From: Amoebophrya sp. A120
Lineage: Eukaryota > Protista > Dinoflagellata
Reading direction: 5' to 3'
Length of the DNA stretch: 64,000 nt
Assembly: GCA_905178155.1 (NCBI GenBank)
Contig: CAJINV010000006.1
Location: forward strand, 1,241,876-1,305,875
The notes beneath the pieces were generated by a model that was not told where the DNA came from, did not search any database, and was given only the letters and a program-made list of their open reading frames with translations. Position numbers and translations under genes: made by a program. This document shows, piece after piece, positions 38,034-51,400 of the stretch (the first letter of the stretch is position 1; each line of letters opens with the position of its first letter).

Positions 38034-41000
38034 ATGGCCGACGAGGTGGATATGGAAGCGTCAGGACTGAAATCGTCAAAGTTGAAATAGTTTGCGATGC
38101 ATAAAATGCTAGACGCAAAGCGCCTCTCTTGCAGAGCAGGCAACTGAGGCCGATGATAAGCCTGTTTGGAGTGTGAGATAGAGCTGCTAAAATAGCATAA
38201 CAAAAGCAGTGCTCTCTGCTCAAACAGCATGACAAATTAGAATTACATGCTGCCAAAATTTGTCATGCGCCACTTGCAAACTGGGCTCCAGCTGGCATCG
38301 CTTTTTTGCATTACAGATTGTTGCAACTTTGACGATTTCGATCCTGACACTCCCATAGTGGAGAAGGACCCCACCATGGGTGGGGCCCCGGAGGTGGAGG
38401 ACTTCTCGATCCTGAAACAGGCCCTGCAAAACGTGAAGGCGGTTCTGACCCCCTACGACTGGATAGAGTTTGTATCAAATGTAAGTAAAAATGTCTGGGT
38501 CTGGAAGATTGCCAGGTTTGTTATGCATATATTGCATGACCCATGATGCCTGCAATGCATGGCTTAGCATCACAGATTTTCAGAGGGCTTCCTGTTGCCT
38601 ATTCCGCATGAGAAATGCCCTCCCGGCGTAGCACAAACCGCACTCCTCTTGCTGGTCATGCAATACAGATTTTTTTAGAATCGAAAAACAGCATCACAAG
38701 TTGCAACCTTCCAGACCCAGACATTTTTGCAGTTCATAGCTCGCGCAGGAATACGAAACCGCAAGGGCCTTGAGGACTAGAATGGAAAGTATTAGAAGTC
38801 CTAATATACTTCTTTCTTGGATTCAGGTTCGTTGTTTTGTGCATGACAGATGAACAACAACAAACCGCATATTATCCTGTCGTGGTCTGCGTCTGTGTGA
38901 GAAATGATCAGAATCACATTTATAAACACAACAGGGGAAGACCGACAGCGCAAAATCGTTTCCGGTGAAGACTCCGACGACGAGCCAATACCGGAAGACG
39001 AATTGGTATGGATGTGTCAGGATTGAAATCGACAAAGTTGAAATAACTTGTGATGCATAAAATGCAGCCCACGAAGAGCCTGTGTTGCAGAGTAGGCAAG
39101 TGAGGCAGACTGTAAGCCTGTTGAGGGGTAGAAACAGAGCTGCCAAATTACCATGACAAAAGGCGTCTTCCTTACCCAAACAGCAGGTGAAACTAGGTTT
39201 AGGCTCTACCCAAATTTCTTATGCGCCACTTAGAGACTGGGTTGCAACTGGCATCCATTTTATGCATCGCAAACTATTTCAACTTTGACGATTTCGATCC
39301 TGACGCTTCCATAATTGGAAGTGAAGAAAAAGATGGAGCGTCTCGCCCACGCGGAGCATCTGAAGTCGCGCATTGTGGAAGTGCAGAACTACTTTTCCGA
39401 CGTCATTCACTCGCTGATGCAGTGTCACGGGCACATATGGGACTGCACAACTCTCCTTCCTCGGCCCACATTTTTTGAAGCGCATGAGCAGCAACACAAA
39501 CAATGCTAGAAATGTGGTTTTCGCATGACAAATGACCTGCACGTGGATTGTACTACTGTTTGTATCGGTGTTTTGCATTACAAGTCAACAATGAGGGGGA
39601 CGATGAGTTGTCTACTCTCATACCAAATCACGAACGACGTGAAGAACGCCGAAGTTTTATTCCGAGGAAAAACGTCACCACCTCCCAGGAGTTGTTGTCA
39701 CGCAAACCTGCATGCCAAAAAAGTTTCTCATGCGGAGCCCCATGGGAAGCATTATCTAGTCGTGTTTTGGGATTTGTGATGCTAGAATCAATCAGGATCA
39801 TTATATGCTAGATCTGTGATGCTGCTGAAGCACTTAGGTAAAAGAGGACTACTCTACGAGGACAAGCTTGTCATGCGAAACATACAACCAAAGCTGGTTG
39901 ATTTGTCTAGCAGATTTCCCTCAGTGTGGGGACGTTTTTGCTCGGGATAAGTTTTTATCGAGGTCATGCGATTTGTCCCGAAGAATTCGCGGGACGCAGT
40001 AGAGTATCAGATGCAAATGTGTCTGGGTCTGGGAGATTCCGAATTTTGTCATGCAGTTTTTCCAAGCTCTCCCTCTCCCACGTGTGGAAAGCAGGGCCTA
40101 GCATCACAGGTTCTGCAGCCCCTTGGTGATGCATATTCTGCATGAGAAATGGCCTCTCAGCATGGCCAGAAGTGGGTACCCTTTGCACGTTATGGATCAC
40201 AGATCTTTGATGTAGGATCCGAAACACGCATCACAAGTTCGGATCCTTCCAGACCCAGACATATTTGCAGTTGATATAGAGCGCCTCACGGAAAAGAACG
40301 CGGAACTGACCCGGCAAATTCAAGAATTCGAGAAGAAAATGGAAGAAATAGCCGAATACCAGGAGAAACGGCAGAACATGCTGCTGCAAAGACACCAAGC
40401 CGCGTTTGAGAAGCGGAAGACCATATGCGTTGCAAAACCATCGTTGCGCCAGTAGTCGTAGCAAGTACATATGCATATACAAATTGCCTTAGAAGCATGA
40501 GAACTACATCAAATGGAATTTGTAATGCTGATGTACCTAACAAGAAACGAGACCTGTCATGCAGTATTGCAAATGCAATTGCTACGTCGAATTCTTGTGC
40601 GACGAAGATACTTTTGCAATCCATAGACCAACAATCTGATCAAAACCTGTTTTACGGCGATGCGGTGCGACTGCCAAACGAGCTGGATGAACCGGCACAG
40701 GGAGGAAGTCCAGGCCCTCCGGGCCGAAACGAAGGACCAGAAAAAGCAGATCAAACGGTTAGATGACGAGCTGGATGCGGTCTATGAAAGCCTCAGAATG
40801 TAAATCCTCAAAGTGGAAATTCTTTGTGATGCATGAAATGCGCCGCAAAAGAGCCCGTAATGCAGCGGACGCAATGGAGGCCGACTACTCGTTGTCCTTC
40901 TACGGGTGGAGAATTATTTTGGAGTGCTGATTAGCACGAGAGAAGGGCACCCCTTTGCCTTAGCCTGCATGACAGACAAGCCTGCACATGCTTTGGATGC

Positions 41001-44000
41001 CTTGGAAATTTGTCATGTGCCGCCCAGAAGTGGCGCTTCGACTGGAGTGGTGTTTTGCATTACAAACTATTTCCACTTTGTGGATTTCCAATCTGAGGCT
41101 TTCATACGGTCACGAAATTGCTTGATTCCTTCAAAGCAAAGCACGAGAAACAAGTCAAGGTCGCGGCATATCCTGTGCAAAAGTATCGTACTCGTAGTAA
41201 TCGCAGTCATGCATTACAAATCTTCATCCCAAGGTAAACGTAAAACAGCATGACAAATTCCATTTGTCATGCTAAGCTAATTTGTCATGCGATTACTATA
41301 TATTATATTCATGCGAAAAAAGAGGTAGACAGAGGGCAAACAAGAGGTGGTCGAGAGGTCAAAAAGAGGTCAAAAGAGGTAAAAAAGAGGTCGACAGAGG
41401 TGGAGAGGTGGCGCGGGACCCCTTTCGAGAGGGTCGGCGAGAGGGTGCGCGAGTATAGCCCGCCGAAGGACCCACCTTAAGGCGGCGCCTAAGTGCCTCA
41501 GAGGGTGCAGAGAGGTCAAAAAGAGGGGGCGCGAGAGGTCGACAGAGGTCGAGAGAGGTGGCGCGAATAAGGGCCAACCTCTCGCGCACCCTCTCGGCCA
41601 CCTCTGGGCCACCTCTGTCGACCTCTACCCGCGAGTATAGCCGGACTATTAGCGGGGACCCCCCAAAAGAGGTAAAAGAGAGGGCCTGCGGGGGGTCTGC
41701 GAGAGGGTAAAGACACAAAGTGGAGGGCGCGAATCCGCATGGTATTCCCCATGTGTAGCATTGCAGGCCCTTCGCGGACTTGTTTTGTTCGGCGCCTGCC
41801 CCCACCACCCTCTCGCGCCACCCTCTCGCGCCGCCCTCTCGCGCCACCCTCTCGCGTCACCCTCTCGCGCCACCCTCTCGCGCACCCTCTCGCGCCACCC
41901 TCTCGCGCTACCCTCTCGCGCCGCCCTCCCTCACTGAAGTCATTGAAAAAGTGGCGCCGGGGAATGGGGCGGGGTCGGTTCTTGGTTCACCTTGATTAAC
42001 GAAAGGCATGCGTAGCGGACTGTGGTGTGGCATCTAGGTGCCTCCTGTTCATCTGCCCCAATGCTCGTGGTAGCTCCTCCCTGCGCAGAGCGCCCTTAGG
42101 CGCGGGAAGCGCGCAGACGGTGCTGCGGGGGCATAAGTATGCATGTCGCTGTGGTCCGGTCCGCAAGCAGTTCAAACCCGGCCAAACAGCCTTGCGCTCC
42201 GGCGGTAGCCGGAGCATGGCTGGTTTATACTAGTACGATACTTTTGCAGTTCATACGGCAGAACAGCTGGCGAAACTGCAGGTGAATAAAGTAGACTAGA
42301 GCTCTTTGATGTTTTTTCGTCGGAATTGCTAAGCACAACTTCTTTTCAAAATTTTGTTCTTGTCACATGCAGAGAAACAAAGACCTAAACCGCGTGAAAG
42401 AACTGTGGAGCAAGCTTGTAAAAAAAAATCCGAAAATCTTTATACGAATAAATTCTATCAGGCGATGGAAGAGAACCTCGAGAAGCTGACCGGCAAGATA
42501 CGGCTGCTGGAGCAGGAGAAGCGGTCTTTGGAAATTTCCCTGAAGGACGAGGTGTCAAGAAGGAAGGACGCGGAGTACGGGCTGGAAAGGACGCAGGAAG
42601 AGTTGACCAGAAAAGTGGAAGAGTTCCAGGACCTATGAACTGCAAAAGTATCGTACTCGTATAAATGCATTACAAATTGACTTAGCATTACAAATTGAAT
42701 TTGTAATGCGGATTTGCCTTGAAGCAAAAATTTGTAATGCATAAACGCAATTAGTACGAGTGCGATACTTTTGCACAGGATAGGACCTGTCAGACCGTTT
42801 CGACGAACTCACCGCGAAGGCAAATCAGCTGCAGAAAGATTTTATGAATTGCAAATATCAATCTAGGTCTGGATTTGTGATGCGAAATTTGAAGGACAGC
42901 GAGGATTTGTGGTGCATAAATACGATTGCAGGCTTTTTTGTCATGCTGTGAAACTGAGTTTGTCATGCAAGAAAACTACACGTCGGTAGAACTTTTAATA
43001 CTACCCGAAAAATTTGTGATGCGTGGATGCCGTGCAGAAGATTGCTCTGTTATCCAACAGTCAGCAACACAAACTCACTGCGTCTTTCCGGACCCAGATG
43101 GATATTTGCGTTTGATAGATTTGCTGCAGACGCAGAAGGACCTCCAGACGGAGAAGGAGGAGCGGGCACTGGAGAAGCAGGACATGGACAAGGCCATGAA
43201 AAAACTGACAAAAAAGTACAACAAACTGCAACAGGAATACGACGAATTCGAGAAAGAAACGACGGCAAAACTGTCCGATCTCACCTCCAAGGTCTCCTAC
43301 CTGGTAAACGAGAACGAAACTCTATCCTGAGTAAAAACGCCCCCGCCCCAGAGTTGTCATGCAGATTTGCAATGGCAAGAACAACATTTGTGATGCGCAT
43401 CCCCACGATACGCATTCCCAATCGTGTTTCGGAATTTTTAATGCCGTCAACAGGATGGGTAGCTCGATTTGTAATGCGGCTGTCCTTGCTAACCTGCACT
43501 ACACTACAGAGCGCAACTTGTCATGCGTCGCTCCCAAAAGCCCCATCTTGACTCTGGGGTGGGAATGGAGATCTTCCTCAGCATAAACGCTGTCCAAGCG
43601 GGTGAAGCATCTAGAATGGGAAGTGCAGGACACGATACGGCAGTGGCACGAGATATGGATGTGTCAGGATCGAAATCGTCAGAGTTGAAGTAATTTGTGA
43701 TGCATGAAACGGATACCAGTTGGCGCCTAGTTTTCAAGTGGCGCATGAGAAATTTGGGTAGAACTGAAATCCAGTTTGTAATGCTGTTTGAGTAGGAAGA
43801 CGCCTTTTGTCATGATACTTCAGCAGCTCAATTTCTACCCGTACCCCTCAACAGGCTTACAATCTGCATCCCTTGCGTCCTCTGCAATAGAGGCAATTTT
43901 TGTGTTGCACTTTTTGCATCACAAACTATTTCAACTATGACGATTTCGATCCTGACGCTTCCATACGAGAATGTGGCGCAGGTGAAAAAAGAGGCGGCGG

Positions 44001-45700
44001 AAGAATTAGAACGGAGGTCGAAGGAAATCTACTCGGCCTTCGCAGCGGAGCGCGAGACGCATTTGCGCCGGTTGAAGATCCAGAATTACGTATCATATGT
44101 AAAAACGTCCCCACCCCATGCTTAGTCAAGTTGGGAACTTAGCAACACAAATCCAGAACTTTTGGGAGCCACGCATGACAAGTTGCAGTCCGTAGTGTAG
44201 TGCATGTTAGCAAGGACAACGGCATCGCAAATCCATCTGCTTATCCTGTTTGCAGCATTACAAATTCCAAAACACGATTGGCAATGCCTCTCATGGAGAC
44301 GCGCATTACAAATCTTCCTGTAATCGCAATTCTGCATGACAGCTCTGGGGTGGGGACGTTTTTACACAGGATATTACGAGTTGCAAAACCGGGATCTCTA
44401 CGTGAACGAGGCGCTGGATCTGAACCCCCTCCCCGTGCCGGAATTCCACAGCGTTATGGAGTTCTCAAAAGCTACACTCTCAACTGTAGTTACAGAAATT
44501 TGTCATGCAAGAACTGCAAAAGTGAAAGCGGGAAGATTGCGTGTTTTGCATTACAAATTTGGAACGGATTATCATGTTGCTTAGCCCTTGGGCAGTTTGT
44601 CATGCGGAGTACCTTGATAACGTAGATGCTCACGACGATTTTGCATGACAGATTCATGCAACTGTTGAGAGTTGTGTAGCGCTTGAGAGTCCCATAAACG
44701 TGCTGTCCGCCGTAGAGGAAGAAATCGGGGAAGACGAAAGTGGCAACCCTAGGAAGAACAAGGGCGGGCTGTTTTGCAAAGCGTGTCGGCGCGCGGTTAT
44801 GCAATACAAATTTCCCGTACATGTACAAGATGCATCACAAATTTCACCAATTTGGAGCGTAAAACTTGTCATGCCAAACTAGGATCGAAGCCAAGTTTTG
44901 TCATGCGGAGACCGCATTTGTACGTGTACGGGAAACTTACTGTGGATAGCGGTGGTGTTTATCGACCAGAAGGACAAAAAGCTGATGGAGATGTGGACCT
45001 ATAATATGTAAAAACGCCCCCACCCCAGAGTTGTCATGCAGATATGCGATTGCAGGAAGATTTGTAATGCGCATCTCCATGGCAGGCATTTCCAGTCGTG
45101 TTTTGAAATTTGTAATGCTGTAAACTGTTTACAAAACAGCATGCTGTTTTAAAAACAGCATGACTAGATGGATTTGTGTTGCGGCTGTACTTGCTAAACT
45201 GCACTACACTAAAGAGAAGAACTTGTCATGTTTGAATCCCAAAACTTCTCGATTTGTGTTGCGAGATCCCCATCGTGACTCTGGGGTGGGAACGTTTTTG
45301 CTCAGGATAGGACCCCGGAGCCGAAGAAGGAGGTAACTTCACCAAAGGATAAAACTATGAACTGCAAAAGTCAGGTGCTAGTGGTAATCGTAATTGCAAT
45401 ACAAATTAGATCAGCATGATGACAAATGGAATTTGTCATGCTGTTTTACGTTGGGATGGAGATTTGTAATCCCTGGCTGCGATTACTAGGGGTGCGATAG
45501 TACTTTTGCACAGGATAAAAACCTTCAACATGCAGCTCAAGTCCGTGTCCCCCAGGAGTAGAAAGTCACCGGAACGCGGCATTCTCTCCCCGATGATCAG
45601 CCCCAATCGAGCGCGGAGTCTCTCGAACGGGCGGAATCCGGGGATACGGGCGCAAACCGAGGCGACATTCAGAACACGGCCGAGCGTGCACAAGGCGTGA
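38034..45700 (+). CDS. Coiled-coil protein of unknown function, 18 introners plus 2 GT-AG introns
   Basis: One continuous E/K/L-rich frame MADEVEKDPTMGG...RPSVHKA* after removal. Canonical introns ~38789-38934 and 42282-42461. Confidence 0.8.
38051..38357. mobile_element. Introner family D
   Basis: TATGGAAGCGTCAGG..AAATCGTCAAAGTTG...GATCCTGACACTCCCATA; DR GTGGA/GTGGA. Confidence 0.9.
38473..38738. mobile_element. Introner family A
   Basis: DR GTTTG/GCTCG; frame restored. Confidence 0.85.
39007..39313. mobile_element. Introner family D
   Basis: DR ATTGG/ATTGG. Confidence 0.9.
39436..39622. mobile_element. Introner family F
   Basis: DR GCACA/CCAAA; frame restored. Confidence 0.75.
39658..39949. 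mobile_element. Introner family C-like
   Basis: DR AGTTT/AGTTT. Confidence 0.85.
40005..40276. mobile_element. Introner family A
   Basis: DR TAGAG/TAGAG. Confidence 0.9.
40424..40625. mobile_element. Introner family B-like
   Basis: DR GACCA/GACCA. Confidence 0.85.
40783..41106. mobile_element. Introner family D
   Basis: DR CGGTC/CGGTC. Confidence 0.88.
41299..42233 (+). mobile_element. Nested repeat-rich insertion, possibly a non-autonomous Helitron
   Basis: Interrupts the right TIR of the B element; 3' hairpin GCTCCGGC-GGTA-GCCGGAGC followed by CTAG. Confidence 0.45.
41806..41928. repeat. Minisatellite (ACCCTCTCGCGCC)n, about 9 copies
   Basis: Direct reading; AGAGGTC-type repeats also at 41320-41560. 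Confidence 0.9.
42634..42782. mobile_element. Introner family B
   Basis: DR GGACC/GGACC. Confidence 0.92.
42843..43117. mobile_element. Introner family A-like
   Basis: DR GATTT/GATTT. Confidence 0.85.
43323..43585. mobile_element. Introner family C
   Basis: DR AACTC/AACGC. Confidence 0.85.
43654..43965. mobile_element. Introner family D (reverse orientation relative to 54233)
   Basis: DR CGAGA/CGAGA. Confidence 0.9.
44091..44373. mobile_element. Introner family C
   Basis: DR TTACG/TTACG. Confidence 0.9.
44455..44696. mobile_element. Introner family E
   Basis: DR AGCGT/AACGT. Confidence 0.88.
44798..44948. mobile_element. Introner, minor family I
   Basis: TATGCAATACAAATTTCCCGTACATGTACAA / TTGTACGTGTACGGGAAACTTACTGTGGATA; DR GCGGT/GCGGT. 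Confidence 0.85.
45000..45309. mobile_element. Introner family C
   Basis: DR GGACC/GGACC. Confidence 0.9.
45356..45517. mobile_element. Introner family B
   Basis: DR AAAAC/AAAAC. Confidence 0.88.
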
Positions 45701-46695
45701 TGAGGAGGGGGAAAAGGCGTGTTGATGTTGAAGATGTGCACGTCCTAGTAGCCGAGAAGGAAATGAAGTGTTCCAAAAGTAAAATTTATTTACAATAATT
45801 TTATACCGTTCTTTTCTATGTCATTCCGTATTCTATTGTCTTTTACTTCGTCGCAGAAGTGAAACAAAACCAAAAACAGTTTAAGATTATACGTCTCAGA
45901 AATACGACGCGGGCGCAGGTGGCGAGTCATCGCGCTTGTTGTCGAACCGGTTTCAACAAAACAGTTTAAGATTATACGTTCATAGCATAACGCCAATTTA
46001 CCAAAACTTTTCAGGAAATATTCGTCTTACTCAAAATTTTGCAATTTACCGAACTCTAACGTACATTGATGTTATCAAATTTGTGTCGTCTTGTTAGTTG
46101 TATATGCTCCTTTACAACCTTTTGCTTTTCGGTCAGCAGAGGTCGCGTTGACAACTGTATCCCAAATAAGGCAACATCAAACTACGACGGTAGCAGGAAC
46201 ATCAAACGTATCCAAGACCACCACGTGGCTCCAATATCCTAGGGCCGCCTGCTGGTTCGTTTTGTCCGCCTTCGTTGTTGCTGCTCTTGTCTGAATTGCA
46301 ACTGCTGCTGGAAGGGATCGCTCTCTGTATAGTACAACCAAGGTTTTCATCAAAACGCGCTGAACTTCATTTGTCGTACTAGCTCGTCCCCGTCCCGCAC
46401 GACAGAACAGAACTTTTTACAACTGTACAATCTTTTGAGCAGGTCGGAAAAACTATAATGAAAATAAAACGTTGCAAATAAACCGCAACTCGTGGTTGTG
46501 GCAGCTGGGACGGTGCTGTGTGGTGCTGGTTCCCAAGGTTGCTCCTTTATTCTCGTTGAGCAGGTAGTTCTTGTTGTGCCGCCGGCAGCGCCTGCTGCAT
46601 ACGTTGGTTTGTACTTCAGTCTTTCTCTTTGCGTAAGTACGATTGTGCGCTAGCTGCATAGTACAACTAGTCCTAGTCCTCGTATTAGGTACATC

Positions 46696-46985
46696 CCCGC
46701 CCTTGCAGGGAAGGGGGGCTGCCAGCAGGTAGTCAATTGTTCGGCTGCGAACTACATCATAGCACAGACTTCGGACACGGAAAGTCTGCCAGTCTTGCTA
46801 ACGAACAGCCCGCCCTTGCAGGGAAGGGAAGCTATCGGATGCTAGTTATTTAGACAAAAAAGCCTCGCCCTTGTAGGGAGGGGCGCCTAGCACGAGCTCG
46901 CAGCTGGTGCAAAAGTCTCTTCGCATAGCCGACCATGTAGCGGAAGACACTGAGCGAGACGCAACCTGCTTCCCGCAGGGAAGCT
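46696..46985. repeat. Dispersed CGCCCTTGCAGGGAAGG repeats (3-4 copies)
   Basis: Copies near 46698, 46812, 46866 and a partial one near 46972. Confidence 0.6.
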
Positions 46986-48410
46986 AGACACACTGGCCCC
47001 GGCTTTCTGGGAGCGGGTCTCAACGCAGTTAGGTTGGCCAGCAGCTAGCTAGCTACCGCGCGCGCCCCTCAGCGCTCGCAAGCACCAGGCGCAACGGCGC
47101 AACCCTGAGGCGCAGGTGGCGCGTCAGAGCACGCGGCCACTGCAGCAATAGGGACGCACGCCAAGCGCAGGCGCTGACGGCACGAAGGGCCGCGACTGCC
47201 GAGAACCAACAAGAGGAAGCCGGGAGCTGCCGTAGTTCTTCGCCCGCATGGCCGGACTGCTGTGTGTGGTGGCACCGGCTTAGCCGGGGGACCCGCTATA
47301 TCTAGTAGCTTGTATTCGCTATGTCTTCCGCATCGCGCGGGCCTTGTGAGGAATGTAAGCCCAGGCGGGAGAGCATTGCGGCGCCCCTCCCCTTCTGCCT
47401 AAGATGCTGGGCAGACGAGGAGGGCGCAAAGCATCCGCGGAAGCGCAGGATGCCCCCCGGCCGCATCACCTACAGGCTAGTAGCTTATGGCCGATGTGTG
47501 CCGGCACTTCGCGGCAAAATCGAGCAACACGGCGCTAGCAGCGAGAATCGCCTTGATGTGGCCGTCAGGAACAAGGAATAGAGATTGCCGGAGCGTTTAA
47601 GCACGCCCGCCCCCCTTGGGGTCGCATAGGCTCCTCCCGGCTCCGATGTTCACCTCTTGCGCTGTTCGCCGGGCCTAGCCAGATCCATCGCGGACACAGA
47701 GGGTAGCCTCGCACCCTTGCTCGTCCGTACAAATCGTTTGGGTGGATCGCTTTCCCGGTGTCACGATCAAAAATCGAGCGGCACGTACCCCAGACACAGG
47801 GCAAAGTGCATCGTGTATAGTATATAGTATTAGGTACATCAGAACTTGTCGTGCTAAAAACTCGTCGTGCGCAAACAAGTTTATTTCGGTTTCTATTTTA
47901 GTATTAGTAGTCGTGCATATGCTACGGACGTAACCTAGGACCGTCGTCCATTTACAATTATCGGTTCTGGTTGCCCTTTTCGTATTGTCGTGCGTTGTCG
48001 TCGTCCTCTTGTGTTGGTAACATTTGAAGCGGAGGCACTCGCACTCTGTCGGAACTGTTCTTCAATCGTTGTCAGTATCGTCTCACGACGTTCGGTTGCG
48101 TTGTCTTGCTTCCGGCCGCCTGTGGCTGGCTCTACTCGTAGTTTCCATCGTAACTACAAAGAAAACGACGACACAGAACCTATTCATCAGTTCCCATGAA
48201 GGTAGCCCCTTTTGTTTTCAATTTCTCTTACATCTCGTTATATTTAGAAATGCAAGGACTTATTTTACTTGGTCCTGATTCACCCGCGGGCCCGCCTTCA
48301 CAAGTGTTTTGCGCGACGACGTTTACGTTTGTTTACTAACCTTCCAAGGAACCCGAACTTTAGAAAAAAGAAAAACACGAAAAGCTACTTACTTACTGTG
48401 GTCATTCAAA

Positions 48411-51400
48411 ATGAGTCAACAACTCGAAGACCCGACGGCCCGGAAGTCGAAGAAATCGGACCGGAAATCCGGGAAAAAATCCGAGAGCAAGAAATCGGAG
48501 ACCAAGAAATCCGATATGAGACTGCACAACTCCCCATCCCCCTCATTTGTGATGCAAAATTCCAAATCCGCCCTTTGCCTGTTAGCACTGTTTGCATGAC
48601 AGCTTCCGGAGTTTTCCAAAACAGCACTACAATCCTCTACTAGGAATTTGCCATGCACAAGCTGCATCTTTATACCATCGCTTGTGTTGCTGTTCATGCA
48701 ACACAAATGAGGGGGAGGGGGGGTTGTGAACTCTCATATCCGAGATCAAAAGCGCAGTAGATGAGGTTGTCGAGATCCTGGCCGACGAGGGGCAGAAGGT
48801 GCCGTCTAGTCATATGACCTGCTCAAACGTTGCAATCTCAAACGTTACAGTAGAGTCTGGATTTTGTCTTGCATGCTGAGCATGACAGAATCGCTGAGCG
48901 TTCTACTTTCTGCAATACAAATTTCGGCAGGTAATTCTAGTGCGGTGTGGGGCTCCGAAGCTTGTCATGCGCAATTCTGTGAGAGCAGGTTTGCGCATGC
49001 ACTTCTTGCACCACAGATTTCCGTATTCTCTTGTAACGCTTGAGATTGTAACACCTGAGCAGGTTATAAGTCAGGGCACTGTAGACACCAGCCACATCGG
49101 TGGCCTCGGTGGCGCACCCCCCGTAGTCGCCGTGAGTCATGCCACGCCACATCACTACAAAAACAAAGCCGCCGTCGGCTACGGGGCGGGGGTTGCGTCT
49201 GGTTCTCTACCGCACTACCACAGGACGACGCAAAATCAGCACGAGAGCGGCGCTGGTAGTACAAGTGGCGCCGCAGTCACGTTGCAGCCTCCTGCAGCCG
49301 TGTCTTCGGTTGTATCTCCATCCCCCCCTGAGATGCTGAACGGCACACCGTACCAGGCACCAGCGCCGTTTGTGCCTCCGTCGACCACGCCTGTGGCGAG
49401 AGACGAACCTGGTGATGGCGAGGACCGCGGCTTTGGTTTGGGAAAATTGCTCGGGGGGACTGGTTTGAATATGGGGGGAGGGGGAGGGCAGTACGGCGGA
49501 GGGCAGTATGGGGCCGGACAATACGGCGCTCCCGGCATGATGGGAGGCCAGACCCAAGGTCACCATGGAGGAGCAGGAGGCGGTGGTGCAAGTGGCGGTA
49601 TCATGGGATTTTTCAGCAAATTGGGCCTCGGAGGAGGGGATAGTAACAAGCCCCCGAACCCGTATGCGAACATGGTGCCGCCGGGGACAATATGCATTGC
49701 AAATATGTCTGGGTCTGGAAGAGTGCAAACTTGTCATGCAGGTTTTATATGACCCATGAGGTCTGGAATGCAGGATCCACCATGACAGATGCTGTGAGAT
49801 CCGTATCGTGTCTATCCTGCATGAGAAACTCCCTATCGACCTGGTCAAAAGTGGACAACTACTTTTGGTGATCATGCAACACAGATTTTTGCATGATTCA
49901 GATTTGGCATGACAAGTTGCCATGTTCCAGACCCAGACAAATTTGCATTCGATAGACAGCGCCGGGGCAGTACGGCGGACCAGCACCGTATGGAGGTCAG
50001 CAGCCCTACAATCCATACGCAAACATGGCTCCGCCCGGAACGACGATGCCACAATATGGCCAACAACCCCCGCAACCCGGGCCGTACGGAGGTCAACAGC
50101 CACCGGCGGGAGCGTACGGGGGCTATCCGCCGGGTTACGGAGGTGGACCACCTGGAACTGGTCCGCCCCCGGGGTACGGAGCACCACCGCCGCCGGGATA
50201 TGGTGCGCCAGCAGGTTCACCTGCTGCGTTACCCGGTTACGGCGGACCCATGATGCAGCAGTCGCAAGCGGGAGCAGGAGCAGGTAATTCTCCTGCAAAT
50301 ACTAATGCGGCACAACAGTTGCCGCTGGCACCAGCCCCGCCCGGGACTGAAATTTCAAACACAGGAACTGCTGCACCGGTTACAGGAGCTAATACTACTT
50401 CTGCCGCCTCCATGGCCGCGGTCGGACTCGCGGGCGCGGCGGCTGGCGCTGTTGTCGCCGGGGCGGTGATGCAACAAGATATGCAGCAGCAGCAGCAGGT
50501 ACACCCTCCCGGACAACAGCAACAGGTGTTCAACTACGGTTCCTTCCCGGTGACGCAAGGCGCTGTTTTGAACCCTCCGCCCCAACAAAGCCTGGACATC
50601 TTCGGACCGGAGTTCACGATCAAACAGAAGGTGACGAAGCGAGACCTCTTGGAGAACACATTGGGCGTCGAAATGGGTAACTTCTACAACGTCCAGCCCT
50701 TTGGCCATTCCGGTGACAAAAACAGCGAACTTCCCTGGAAAATGTACGTTGATGAAAAATCTGACAACTGGTGCGGAAGGATTTGCTGCGGCCCGACGAG
50801 AGGTTTAACATTTGACGTTTTTTACCCGAAAAAGGAGAAAGACGGGGGCATGAAAATTTTGGAACTGAACAAACCCTTTATCTGCTGCGAACCCTGTTGC
50901 GCGTGCTGCTGCTGTTTCTGCACGGGGTTCTGCAAGCCGAAGTTCACGGTGACGGCGACGGAACATTTTCCGGGGAACACGACGGGGGGTAAGTACGAGA
51001 TCGGGTATGTTCAGGATCATTGTCAATTATGCGGAACGCGGGAGGAGATCCATAAAATCCGTTCTGCGAATGATTCTGGCAGTACAAAAAGTGGGTGCTG
51101 CGGCGATTCGAAATACACCCACTTGTACACGATCAAGGGTACGTGCTGCCAGCTGGGCGCCTGCCTCCCCGCCGGGGGGAGCGCGAAGTATCCGATTTAC
51201 AAGGGGGATAACAACAAGGAGAAGGTCGGTATGTTTACGAAGATGGGGAAGGGGGTGATGCAATTTGTCCAGGAGCTCCTGGCCGACGCGCAGACCTTCA
51301 AAGTGACCTGCCCGCCGGATGCGAGAGCGGAGGAGAAAGCGCTGTTGTTATGCCATTCTCAACTGTTACATTCTCAACTGTAGTTACGCGGATTTGTCAT

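Larger units (their letters stand above)
41169..42255. mobile_element. Introner family B enlarged by a ~930-bp nested insertion
   Basis: B TIRs 1087 nt apart; DR CGGCA/CGGCA. Confidence 0.85.

Noticed and set aside
41359-41999. Arg-rich ORFs (ARE/RVA repeats)
   Set aside because: Translations of the minisatellite in the nested insertion.
49207-50298. 363-aa minus-strand ORF (and the 240-aa ORF at 18682-19404)
   Set aside because: Antisense shadows of GC-rich + strand exons that run through introners.
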